Positions 20,719 to 29,732 of a stretch of 64,000 bases of DNA are shown in pieces (position 1 is the first letter of the stretch; each line of letters begins with the position of its first letter). Origin of the DNA: a virus (lineage: Duplodnaviria > Caudoviricetes); the IMG/VR virus record IMGVR_UViG_3300029288_000077, positions 119,766 to 183,765 of that record; one strand, 5' to 3'. The notes below the pieces were generated by a model. It had not been told where the DNA came from. It saw nothing but the letters and a program-made list of their open reading frames with translations, and did not search any database. Made by a program: the position numbers and the translations under genes.

Positions 20719-21920
20719 AAGCTAAATGTACGATGGTTAATTCATCTTTATTTTTCAATGTTTTACTTTCTTTGTGCATAAGACTTTCAAATACCGTCTC
20801 TATCCAACACATGTGCAGGTCACTTTGCTAAATACTACATTAGAAATCTGTCGTCAAGTCTATAATAAAACATTGGGTATGAGAAAATATACTTACGAGA
20901 CTGAGAAAAAGTCTTTATCTTTGTACGATACTCACAACCTATTAACTAAATGGAAAAAGGATAGTGTTCATTGGAACAGTGTTTATTCACAAGTACTAAC
21001 TAATGTACAAGTCCGAGTCGATTTAGCCTATAAAGCTTTCTTTCGCAGAGTTAAAGCTAAGCAAACTCCTGGTTTTCCGCGTTTCAAGGGCAAGGGGCGT
21101 TATGATAGCTTTACTTTTCCTCAAGCTAGTAATCAAGGTGCTAAAATCGTTGGAGGTGGTCTTAGACTCAGCAAGATCGGTATTATATCTACAGTCTTTC
21201 ATCGTCCAGTCCAAGGCAAAATCAAGACGATCACTATACGCAAATCATCTACTAACAAGTGGTATGCCTATATCAATGTAGAAATAGATCCTGTACGTTT
21301 ACCAGCAAATGACTTGGCAGTAGGTATAGATTTAGGTATAAAGACTTTTGCTGTCTTGTCCAATGGTGAGACTGTACCCAACCCAAGATTTTTCAAGAGA
21401 TCAGAAAAGAAATTAGCTAAAGTACAACGCAAGTATTCAAAGCTTGAAAAAGGATCAAGTAAGAGACGTGCGTATCGTAAAGTCGTAGCACGAGTCTATG
21501 AAAAGATTTCAAATCAACGCAAAGATTTTGCTCATAAACTTAGCAGAAGTCTCGTTCATCAGTTTGGTACAGTGGTGTTCGAGGATCTCAACATACGAGG
21601 CATGATACAAGATGGTCACTTAGCAAAAAGTATCCATGACGTAGCTTGGCATCAGCTAGTACAATACACTATCTACAAAGCGGAAGAGGCTGGTAGGAGT
21701 GTAATACTAGTAGATCCAAGAAACACGTCGAAAAAGTGCAGCAGATGTGGTAGCATAAAAGAGGATCTAACGCTTGATGACAGGACTTACATTTGTACGA
21801 GGTGTGGCTTGGTCTTAGATCGTGACTTCAACGCATCCATAAATATCTTGGCGCTGGGGCTGCAGCGCCGGGGGCGCTGTGCCCCGCGTAGACGTGTAGA
21901 CCTAAGCACGTAACAGCCAC
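20719..21920 (+). mobile_element. IS200/IS605 family (IS1341-type, tnpB only) element 1
   Basis: Preceded by AGAAC; ends in a hairpin-rich right end ...CACGTAACAGCCAC shared with element 2; no tnpA; left boundary uncertain by about 1 nt. Confidence 0.8.
20774..21913 (+). CDS. tnpB: RNA-guided endonuclease TnpB
   Basis: HTH 'FKYRLYPT'; RuvC residues GIDLG, FEDL, DRDFNA; CxxC-CxxC finger. Confidence 0.95.
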   Translation: MHKTFKYRLYPTHVQVTLLNTTLEICRQVYNKTLGMRKYTYETEKKSLSLYDTHNLLTKWKKDSVHWNSVYSQVLTNVQVRVDLAYKAFFRRVKAKQTPGFPRFKGKGRYDSFTFPQASNQGAKIVGGGLRLSKIGIISTVFHRPVQGKIKTITIRKSSTNKWYAYINVEIDPVRLPANDLAVGIDLGIKTFAVLSNGETVPNPRFFKRSEKKLAKVQRKYSKLEKGSSKRRAYRKVVARVYEKISNQRKDFAHKLSRSLVHQFGTVVFEDLNIRGMIQDGHLAKSIHDVAWHQLVQYTIYKAEEAGRSVILVDPRNTSKKCSRCGSIKEDLTLDDRTYICTRCGLVLDRDFNASINILALGLQRRGRCAPRRRVDLST

Positions 21921-21940
21921 GAGCACACGATCTTGAACTT
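21849..21940 (+). ncRNA. 3' part of the putative TnpB omega/reRNA plus flanking guide
   Basis: Three stems conserved between the two elements while loops differ; by the established TnpB mechanism the guide is the flank 21921-21940; 5' limit unknown. Confidence 0.55.
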
Positions 21941-22147
21941 TCCATTCACACACTTGGCCCTGATCTTGATTGTGTCTTTGTAGATCTCAACCAGCTTATT
22001 GATTAGCTCCGTGGCTTGTGCTTCGGTGTCAAAGCTACCAGGCAGGATGCAGATTCTGTCAGTTTCTGATGCTGGTGCAGAAGCCTGCACTTCGATTTCG
22101 ATGTATTTACCTGTAGCTGGGTCGAAGGCTTTGATGAACCTGTTCAC
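21902..22147 (-). CDS. Hypothetical protein; C-terminus and stop supplied by the IS end
   Basis: 81-aa ORF that runs into the right end of element 1. Confidence 0.6.
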   Translation of the reverse strand: MNRFIKAFDPATGKYIEIEVQASAPASETDRICILPGSFDTEAQATELINKLVEIYKDTIKIRAKCVNGKFKIVCSWLLRA

Positions 22148-22153
22148 AAGTCC

Positions 22154-22224
22154 ATTATACCACAGCTATAATACGCTGTCAAGTATTTCAAACAAACGAC
22201 GACGTATGGTCATGACCATACGTC
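22154..22224 (-). promoter_or_regulatory. Early promoter copy 5 with a palindromic operator variant
   Basis: TTGACA (22177-82), 17 bp, TATAAT (22154-59); perfect 24-bp palindrome GACGTATGGTCATGACCATACGTC at 22201-22224. Confidence 0.92.
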
Positions 22225-22231
22225 TGGTAGA

Positions 22232-24583
22232 TTATACTGGTTCTAGTACATCTATCTTTTTGAAATCTGGTGGCAGGCACCCAAGTCTGTACATGATTGG
22301 TCGCAGTCTGTTTCCGATTTCCTTATGCAGTTTCTCAATGTCTTTCAGTAACACCCTATACTGTTCTAGCTCCTCTTCTGAGCTGTTTCCAATCCATTTA
22401 CGTACTTGGTACCATCCGGCATCATCCCTTGTAAGTTGCAATCTATACGGTGCTGTGTTTCGGTATCCTATTGTCTCTGTTACCAGTCTTGTGGCCGAAT
22501 CGATTAGCAGCCTCACATCACTACTAAAAAGGTGTTTATGGCTTTCAACCCACTTCGACACAAATGACTGATTGGTGCCAGTATTCACCCAAAAGAATTC
22601 GTTTTTGATGTCGTAGGAGTTACCATTGTATTGCACACCTCCAAGTGACGAAGACTGATTGGAATTATGAAACAGTGACCAGATCACCGCGTCTACTGCA
22701 AACTGTCTATACTCAGGGTGTGTGGTGTCTGGGGTGTTATACTGGTCTTTGTTATTTAGCCACCTTCCCTTCGTCAGTCTTCTGATAGTAAACACTGTCA
22801 TAGACTGCTCAAAGTTTTCTGGAGTAATAGACCATCCATTACTATTTGCATATGGTCCAGACAGTATTTCAGTAAAGTCCCTGTGCTGTACTTCGTTAGC
22901 ATTAGCCAAAAGATACCCAATGGCATCTTCAGACAATCTATTAAGTCTACCTTTTTCCACCACGTTCAGTGCACTTTTCATTGGTGGTCTAACTACCGTG
23001 TTCTTAGGTCTATTAATCCACTTATTCAACGGATCCTTAGCAGGACCAAAACCCTTAGTACCTGTCTTTACCAATGCCCCGTTTTTGTCCCTTTCTAACA
23101 CATCCAACTCAACTATATCAATGTTGATAGTGTTTGAATTTTTTCCTTTTACCCACACAGTAAACAATACTGGCCAGTTGTTGGCAATATCGCTGAACTC
23201 TGTTGTCTGGAAACCAGAGCCTTTTACAAACTTCCAGTTACTGAACCAAAATTTTCTGAATGACTCATAGTTTTGCCCAACCAGGAAAGATGCTGGTGTG
23301 AAGATGCCCAATACTGTTCCCTCAGGCATGAGTTCGGTGAGCCTAAACATAAATTGTGGGTATAGATTATTGCAAGTGATCTTTTGATCCTGCATTCTTT
23401 CCTGTGTTTTTGTTCCAGTTACCCCTTTGATGGTGTGTCCGCGTCCGCTGGTATCACCAGCCCACGGCGGATTAATCAACACCGCCCAATTGTGATCATT
23501 AGTTAATAGTTCATGGATGCCTTTTGGAATATCATCATTCAAAAAGTCTAACTGGAAAATCCTTGCCTTGACCCCGTGTTGAATCATGTTTTCTACATCA
23601 TATGACATTAGCGTAGATGCAAAAATTTTGCCTGGTGGGGTTCTGCAGTTCTTTACTAAATTACCTGTTCCAGCACAGCAATCCCAGAAATATATACTAT
23701 CATAATCCAGGGCTGCTTTCTGTAAGTATGAGTGAGCCATCAAACACATATCAGGGGGCGTATTTACTTCTCCTGTGTTTCTGCGATCAGAAAGTTCGAT
23801 TAGTGTATCCTTATATGGCATTATGTTGGAAAGATCTTCTGTGGTGATTCTCTTGTAAACACTCCAGAAGTCATTGTACTCTTTGATGTCTTCAATTACT
23901 CCTTCGATTGACATCGTTTCGCCATTCCAGGAGATTCTTCCATCCTTGCGGAGTTCATACTTGTTTTGTAGATCAAGAAAAAATGCGGATACCAGAATTT
24001 GACTGATTAGATCCTTGCTTCCGAGCACCGTTTTCTTGATCCTGCTGTTCCATTGTCTGTATACATCGCACACGTTCTCTGCATTTACCGTCCTGGTAAT
24101 TGCGGAATTATCCTCCTGAAAATACGCTTTCATGAAACAAGATGCTTCGTACTCATCTGTCATACTGTAGATGTGTGGAGTGCTGATCAGTTCTTCTACT
24201 GCATCAATGATATCTTGACTTGGGTTGCTTGGTACGCTCCAATCCTTTGAGTCATCCTGGATTAGTTGTTCAAATGGCTTTGTTGAGACAATGAATGCTT
24301 CATTTTTGTCCGCAATTGACACCTTCTTTGGTACACTGAGTGTGCAGTCCTTGTAAATAGATCTTACATAGTGCAATACTTGTGCTGTGCACCTAGACCA
24401 CTGTTTCTTCATGTTGTAGTCGAACTTGAATTCAAATATCACACCACGTACATCATCCACCCCATCGCAATTGTGTACTCTATGCAACATATCAACATTA
24501 AGCCATTGGACATAGCAGTCAGTTACTTCTGATTCAGTCTTGGTATTGAGTAATGATTTCACGAACTTTATGGTTGATCCCAT
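22232..24583 (-). CDS. Type IIG-like fused endonuclease / amino-methyltransferase
   Basis: N-terminal D...EFK (CDG...IFEFK) nuclease-like motif; SAM motif WDCCAGTGNL; catalytic NPPW; long C-terminal TRD-like region. Confidence 0.8.
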   Translation of the reverse strand: MGSTIKFVKSLLNTKTESEVTDCYVQWLNVDMLHRVHNCDGVDDVRGVIFEFKFDYNMKKQWSRCTAQVLHYVRSIYKDCTLSVPKKVSIADKNEAFIVSTKPFEQLIQDDSKDWSVPSNPSQDIIDAVEELISTPHIYSMTDEYEASCFMKAYFQEDNSAITRTVNAENVCDVYRQWNSRIKKTVLGSKDLISQILVSAFFLDLQNKYELRKDGRISWNGETMSIEGVIEDIKEYNDFWSVYKRITTEDLSNIMPYKDTLIELSDRRNTGEVNTPPDMCLMAHSYLQKAALDYDSIYFWDCCAGTGNLVKNCRTPPGKIFASTLMSYDVENMIQHGVKARIFQLDFLNDDIPKGIHELLTNDHNWAVLINPPWAGDTSGRGHTIKGVTGTKTQERMQDQKITCNNLYPQFMFRLTELMPEGTVLGIFTPASFLVGQNYESFRKFWFSNWKFVKGSGFQTTEFSDIANNWPVLFTVWVKGKNSNTINIDIVELDVLERDKNGALVKTGTKGFGPAKDPLNKWINRPKNTVVRPPMKSALNVVEKGRLNRLSEDAIGYLLANANEVQHRDFTEILSGPYANSNGWSITPENFEQSMTVFTIRRLTKGRWLNNKDQYNTPDTTHPEYRQFAVDAVIWSLFHNSNQSSSLGGVQYNGNSYDIKNEFFWVNTGTNQSFVSKWVESHKHLFSSDVRLLIDSATRLVTETIGYRNTAPYRLQLTRDDAGWYQVRKWIGNSSEEELEQYRVLLKDIEKLHKEIGNRLRPIMYRLGCLPPDFKKIDVLEPV

Positions 24584-24615
24584 CTTTAACCTCTTATACA
24601 GGTAATCACAAACGT

Positions 24616-24882
24616 TTATTGAACCTTCAATCTCTGTCTAATGTACTTGTTTCTCAGAAGAAAATTTTTCCTGTGTGCCTCTTTCAATTCAAGATCGTAT
24701 TTTAACCTCTTTTGAGGGTTTGTAAGAATTGAATATGCTTTATTCAGCAAAGCCATCTTCTTGACATCACCTGTTTCTTTGTTGTCGGGGTGATAATGCT
24801 TGGCAAGAGCAAAATAAGATTGTTTGATGTCTTCAATCCTACAATCCTCAGTGACGCAAAGGATTATGTAATAGTTGATCAC
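24616..24882 (-). CDS. Stand-alone J-domain (DnaJ-type) protein
   Basis: NYYIIL...IKQSY..LAKHYHPD...LNKAYSIL...R..YD. Confidence 0.9.
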   Translation of the reverse strand: MINYYIILCVTEDCRIEDIKQSYFALAKHYHPDNKETGDVKKMALLNKAYSILTNPQKRLKYDLELKEAHRKNFLLRNKYIRQRLKVQ

Positions 24883-24888
24883 ACCTTA

Positions 24889-24950
24889 ATTTTACTACGA
24901 CTGTAATAATTTTGTCAAGTATTTTCTGTGTATGGTCATATATGGTAAAT
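24889..24950 (-). promoter_or_regulatory. Early promoter copy 6 plus operator-like repeat
   Basis: TTGACA (24913-18), 18 bp, TAAAAT (24889-94); GTATGGTCAT-ATATGGTAAAT. Confidence 0.8.
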
Positions 24951-25292
24951 GTGAAAGGAAGGAACACCCCAACCTCGTTAATTATTATCTACATGCTTTT
25001 CGGATAGCCTGAAGTGTTTGGTCCAGCTTTTATGGGCTGATCGGTGGCATTGTGCTCGATGATATTAAGAGTGAGTATTATTGGAATCTTCCGTAGTGTT
25101 GGGGACACCAATTTCCATAACAGTAAACTCTTCGTACCCTTCAGATTGATTTAATAGATGAGCAACTTCAAGTGCCTCACCTCGCGAATTAAATTTTTTA
25201 GCCTTGGTGGGGTTGTTCGTCAAGCAGTTTCGCCACGGCTCATTTGGATCCCACCTGTTGTTACTATACGTCTAATTACTTGTCCTGTTGAT

Positions 25293-25832
25293 TTAGTCTT
25301 CACGATCGGGCTCTGTATCTGTTTCAGGCACTTCAGATTCTAAATTTTTCACTGCTTCTGCAAAATTCTCAAGATCCTTCATGTACAGTCCATGTCGTTC
25401 AATCACGGAGCAGAATTCTTGCACATCGTGTTCTATGATAGTGTATTTTGTGTCACCATCTTCAGACTCATCATCTGTTTGAACTAACATATGCGACAGC
25501 TCATGGTCGATTACTGCCAATTTTTGAGCATCTGTTAGTGTCTGCCACACGGGATACGACACAATCAACAAGAAGTCAAAACCTTCAACGTCCACGTCAC
25601 TCATACCGTTGTTGTACTTAGCGAGTGCGTTTTCTTTAGGTGAGCACTTCCCGGCAGTAGCTATTACAATCTTCCCGCCTTTCTTTATTTCTTTATTCTT
25701 GAATAGATAAGCGATTCTGGCATTTACTAAGTGGGTGTGAAACTTTGGAATCAGTCTTTTTGCTATTTCTGCTACAGTATCAGCACGATCAAATTGCAGC
25801 GGAACATTTTTCACTTGCTTATTATCAGGCAT
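25293..25832 (-). CDS. Putative phage metallopeptidase
   Basis: 'HLVNARIAYL', 'DHELSH' (HExxH) and 'HDVQEF..VIERHG'; GGAGG SD. Confidence 0.8.
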   Translation of the reverse strand: MPDNKQVKNVPLQFDRADTVAEIAKRLIPKFHTHLVNARIAYLFKNKEIKKGGKIVIATAGKCSPKENALAKYNNGMSDVDVEGFDFLLIVSYPVWQTLTDAQKLAVIDHELSHMLVQTDDESEDGDTKYTIIEHDVQEFCSVIERHGLYMKDLENFAEAVKNLESEVPETDTEPDRED

Positions 25833-25920
25833 GCAGAACCTCCAGTTTTGCAGAAGTTACCGTGTTTTCATTTGTTGGTCAATGTTCATAAAATATACTT
25901 CATTTACTGATCGGTAAAAC

Positions 25921-26065
25921 GGCCACCAGTGACACTGGTGAGAGGTGACCTCTTACAGGTACAGGTTGCCTAGGTCACCAGGTAACCCGCATCTGGTGCA
26001 GGTAGAGGTCGCCAGGTCACCTATGTGAGGTTGCCTAGGTGCCTAGGTACGGTCGCCAGGCGACC
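25921..26065. repeat. Array of about 10 GGYNRCC heptamers with nested palindromes (iteron-like)
   Basis: Copies at 25921, 25944, 25964, 25973, 25981, 26007, 26015, 26029, 26051 and 26059, mostly preceded by A. Confidence 0.85.
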
Positions 26066-26186
26066 TAAAACTTTTTTAAAAACAAAGATCGAAGAAAGAT
26101 CCGGAAAAAATGAAGGAAAAAGGGGTTTGGGGGAGAGGGGAACAACGATGCATGACGCATAAACCCAAGACTAAACTGTATACTGT

Positions 26187-26233
26187 GTGGCGGCATTCGC
26201 CGCCACGTGGTGACTGCGAAGCGCAGTCACCAC
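26187..26233. other. Two abutting perfect GC-rich hairpins
   Basis: GTGGCGGC-ATTC-GCCGCCAC (26187-26206) and GTGGTGACTGCG-AAG-CGCAGTCACCAC (26207-26233). Confidence 0.9.
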
Positions 26234-26303
26234 CCCCACATCTATAGAAATACTTTACCCTGAAAGGAAAGGAAGTACGGCACTCGAAACATGGAGGAAT
26301 AAC

Positions 26304-27284
26304 TTGCCTAATAAAGAAGAAAAACAACACATAGTAATTTATACACAGGGTGGATCGGGAGATATAATTGCTTCTACTCCTATGTTGCGTTGCATACATA
26401 GGGATTACCCAAATCAAGAGTTGGTTGTGGTAACTACATATCCTGTTATCCTAAAAGATAATCCTAATATCAGCAAGGTATTTCCATTCAATGAGGGAAT
26501 GAATGTTTATTCAGAATATAAAGATACCGCTGTTATGTTCAAGAAGAGATTTGCTTATGATTATTTTAGAGACGAACACAGAGCAAAAAGCAAGAACATA
26601 CTTGATTTTATTTGCAATGTGTATGATACTAAGTGGGATGGTGATCCTCCTGAGGTGTTTTTAACAAAACATGAGCGTGAGTTTGGTCAATACTTTATGA
26701 GTCAATTCAAGAAACCTGTAATACTGATACATGCGTTTGGTGCTGTCCCCTCTGAGGGTCAATCTAGAAAAATACACGCTCACAAAGATATGCGGATGGA
26801 TTTGATCTCTGAATTGGTTAGAAAATACAGTAAGCATTTTGAGTTCGTGCAAATTGGATTAGCTGGTGAACAGCTTGTTGAGGGTGCGTTTGATGCTCTT
26901 GGTATGCAGATGCGTGAGACTTTTGCGATCATTGACCTGTGTAAAACGTTCGTGTTCATAGAAAGTTTGTTTGCACATTATTCTGCGTGCATTAACAAGA
27001 CTGGTGTAGTGTTGTTCAATAATACTGATCCAAGATTCTTTGGACATCCACACAACATTAATATCAATGCACCGCAAAGCTTGTGTGATGAGTGGCCTTG
27101 CAATCGACCGGTTGGTGCTTTGTTGGATCTGGAGCCTGGATACTTAAACCCCAAAACCCGTGAACGCAATTTGTGGACATGTAAGAGAGATATAGTATGC
27201 AATCAGATACCGTATGCTACTCTTGAGTCTGCGTTTCTGCGCGCTATAGAAAAGAACACCGAAAAAGACGAAAAGAGTGCATAG
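26304..27284 (+). CDS. GT9 (ADP-heptose:LPS heptosyltransferase-like) glycosyltransferase
   Basis: GGSGDII.STP...NPNIS.V; 'FVFIESLFAH'; TTG start after GGAGGA. Confidence 0.8.
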   Translation: MPNKEEKQHIVIYTQGGSGDIIASTPMLRCIHRDYPNQELVVVTTYPVILKDNPNISKVFPFNEGMNVYSEYKDTAVMFKKRFAYDYFRDEHRAKSKNILDFICNVYDTKWDGDPPEVFLTKHEREFGQYFMSQFKKPVILIHAFGAVPSEGQSRKIHAHKDMRMDLISELVRKYSKHFEFVQIGLAGEQLVEGAFDALGMQMRETFAIIDLCKTFVFIESLFAHYSACINKTGVVLFNNTDPRFFGHPHNININAPQSLCDEWPCNRPVGALLDLEPGYLNPKTRERNLWTCKRDIVCNQIPYATLESAFLRAIEKNTEKDEKSA

Positions 27285-28367
27285 ATGGAAAATCGCCCAT
27301 ATCAATTCCTGACTGAAGACAAGAATGAAGCCAAGACAAAGATCATAGCCTACAAGGCTGATAGTGGTGCGTGTTGGTTTTATAGGTTGCATAGTCCGTT
27401 GAGTGCTCTTACTAGAAACAACAAGTCATTTCTGATTTCTGTATATCCGTATATGCATGAATCTCACATGCTAAAGAAAAACACCGATTTGGCTATATTT
27501 CAACGTCAATATTCTGCACAGGTGTTGCAATATGCCATGCAGATGAAGAAAGATGGCATAAAAATAGTTTATGAAACTGACGATGACCTGTTTCATATAC
27601 CTGATTGGAATCCAGCACATCACACCTACGCAAAAAGACAAACTCAAGACGTGATCAGAAAGTTTTTGGAAATAGCAGACGCTGTTTTTACCACCACACA
27701 GCCGCTAGCTGAGGAACTTTTGCAGTATAATGATAATGTGTACATACTTCCAAATTCAATAGATTTTAGACTGATTACCGAGAGTCCGCACAATTCAATC
27801 AAGAAAGTGGCGGTGTGGCAAGGATCCGCTACTCATAAAAATGATTTAAAATTGATTACTCCAGCCATAAAGAGGCTGTGTTCTGAAGATAAGTACATGG
27901 TGAAACTGATGTATGCTAAAATAGAGGGAGCTTATTCTGTTCCGCCTGTTGAACTGCAGGCATTTTACCAGATGATGAGCCAATTGGACGGTACTGTTGG
28001 TTTTGCACCAATAATAGCAAACAAATTTAACGTGTGTAAATCTAATCTAAAGTTTCTTGAATATGCTGCACAAAAGATAATTACCGTAGCATCTGATGTA
28101 CACCCATATTCAACTTCTATAGTTGATGGTGAAACCGGATTTATAGTAAAGGATAATAAGGAATGGTACGACAAGGCAGTGTGTGTTCTGGAGAACGAGG
28201 AACTTATTGAAAAAGTTACCTCTGCCGCATATGAGTACGTGAAGGATAATTTTGATATAGATGATACATATAAGTATTGGGAGACAGCAATAACAGAAGT
28301 TCTGGAAGGAAAAGACGCAGATAACCAGGAGAATGAAGATGACAGGTCTGTCGCTAGTATTGATTAA
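27285..28367 (+). CDS. GT-B (GT4-like) glycosyltransferase
   Basis: 'FYRLHSP', 'FQR', 'YETDDDL' and 'KSNLKFLEY...TVASDV.PY...G.TG'. Confidence 0.85.
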   Translation: MENRPYQFLTEDKNEAKTKIIAYKADSGACWFYRLHSPLSALTRNNKSFLISVYPYMHESHMLKKNTDLAIFQRQYSAQVLQYAMQMKKDGIKIVYETDDDLFHIPDWNPAHHTYAKRQTQDVIRKFLEIADAVFTTTQPLAEELLQYNDNVYILPNSIDFRLITESPHNSIKKVAVWQGSATHKNDLKLITPAIKRLCSEDKYMVKLMYAKIEGAYSVPPVELQAFYQMMSQLDGTVGFAPIIANKFNVCKSNLKFLEYAAQKIITVASDVHPYSTSIVDGETGFIVKDNKEWYDKAVCVLENEELIEKVTSAAYEYVKDNFDIDDTYKYWETAITEVLEGKDADNQENEDDRSVASID

Positions 28368-28821
28368 TGGAAGCTTTGTTGGCGCGGTGTCTGATAAAGA
28401 ATTTTCAGAGTGGGTTGATGGTACAAAAAATCGCCTGTTGATGTATTTTCCGAAAATGCTGCAAATACAGCCTGTTATGGAAAATGAACAGATGGCTGGC
28501 TTTAAGACCATGGTTTTGCCCATGCATTTGTTGAAGGTTAAACAGGAATTTTTGATGGTGAGTCCTACTACAATAGAAGTGTTGTGTGTAATAAATAAAG
28601 ATCAAGATGAGGCGGAACAAGATATAAACAACTTATCACAAAAAGACATACGCGATTTTATTTTAGAACATCTGCATGCATTCAGTACCATGCCGCAAAT
28701 TGAGCTGTTTGGCTTGTGGACCAACGCTATTAACATGTGGCGCGCTGAGTTGGCTGGTATAGCTGTTCCGTCTGGTCCTGTTCCGAGACCTAGGAACATT
28801 TCAAGATTGAAATTGAAGTAG
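28333..28821 (+). CDS. Hypothetical protein
   Basis: 162-aa ORF in a coupled operon. Confidence 0.65.
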   Translation: MKMTGLSLVLINGSFVGAVSDKEFSEWVDGTKNRLLMYFPKMLQIQPVMENEQMAGFKTMVLPMHLLKVKQEFLMVSPTTIEVLCVINKDQDEAEQDINNLSQKDIRDFILEHLHAFSTMPQIELFGLWTNAINMWRAELAGIAVPSGPVPRPRNISRLKLK

Positions 28822-28828
28822 GTGGTGC

Positions 28829-29164
28829 ATGGCAGACAAAAGACAGCTTTGTAAAATCGGAAAAAATGCAGAAATTGTGTTTGATGGTAAGTGCTTTACT
28901 CTTAGATTTCTAGAAGGAGGATCTGTGGTTGATGAGTTTAATTTTAGCTGGATAGCAGATGCATTGCGTGCGTATGTATTGTACTCATTAAACAAGGTTG
29001 CTAGAATAGAGCCTTCTGTGTCGGGGCTTGTAAAGAAAGTGGATAATTTATCGGCATTAATTAGTTCTGTGGGGTGTGTTCTTGGGGATGAATGGAGGAA
29101 ATTTGTTAACGATCCTGTAGAAAAAGTAATAGAAGAAGAGGATACTAGAAATGAAGACGAATGA
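28829..29164 (+). CDS. Hypothetical protein
   Basis: 111-aa ORF with SD. Confidence 0.65.
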   Translation: MADKRQLCKIGKNAEIVFDGKCFTLRFLEGGSVVDEFNFSWIADALRAYVLYSLNKVARIEPSVSGLVKKVDNLSALISSVGCVLGDEWRKFVNDPVEKVIEEEDTRNEDE

Positions 29165-29732
29165 GAATGTAATAATACTTACTAAAGCGTATATAATAGA
29201 ACTATTTGATAGCATGTTTTTTAGTAATAGGATAAATTGGGGAGGGATAGACTTATTCAACACCCTTCCGATTATAAATTCAGAAAAAAACGGTGAAGAA
29301 GGTATTGAACAAAGATTTGCTTTTATGGTGCATGAATCTGCTCCAATGGCACTCAAACTACTAATCACTGCGTCTGTAGGAAAAGAAATACACAAGGTGT
29401 GCTACAGAGTAAAAACGGTCAATAAACAAATTGAAATAGATGACAGAAAAATGAAAATTCCGGTGGCTATGATTGACTGTTCTATAGCAAACTTGTCACT
29501 GGGGTTCAAAGATCCATCAGCACTCATTTTTAATATAAATACGGAGACTTCTGATGCTGCGGAAGGTTCTGTTGTGTGGAATCTAATGAAGTTTATAACA
29601 AATTCCTACATGGTGTCTCATGAATTAGATAATGATGACAAAAATTTGTTCGATGAAGTGGTATTAGACTTGAAGAGTCTGCCTCCTGTACCTGGTGATG
29701 AACACTACAGACAAGTGTACGCCATATCATGA
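29151..29732 (+). CDS. Hypothetical protein
   Basis: 193-aa ORF overlapping its neighbours. Confidence 0.65.
   Translation: MKTNENVIILTKAYIIELFDSMFFSNRINWGGIDLFNTLPIINSEKNGEEGIEQRFAFMVHESAPMALKLLITASVGKEIHKVCYRVKTVNKQIEIDDRKMKIPVAMIDCSIANLSLGFKDPSALIFNINTETSDAAEGSVVWNLMKFITNSYMVSHELDNDDKNLFDEVVLDLKSLPPVPGDEHYRQVYAIS

Noticed and set aside
25921-26417. Coding explanation for the GGYNRCC repeats (including ORF 26076..26417)
   Set aside because: No ORF with credible start or composition spans the repeats; 26076..26417 overlaps the GT9 gene antisense
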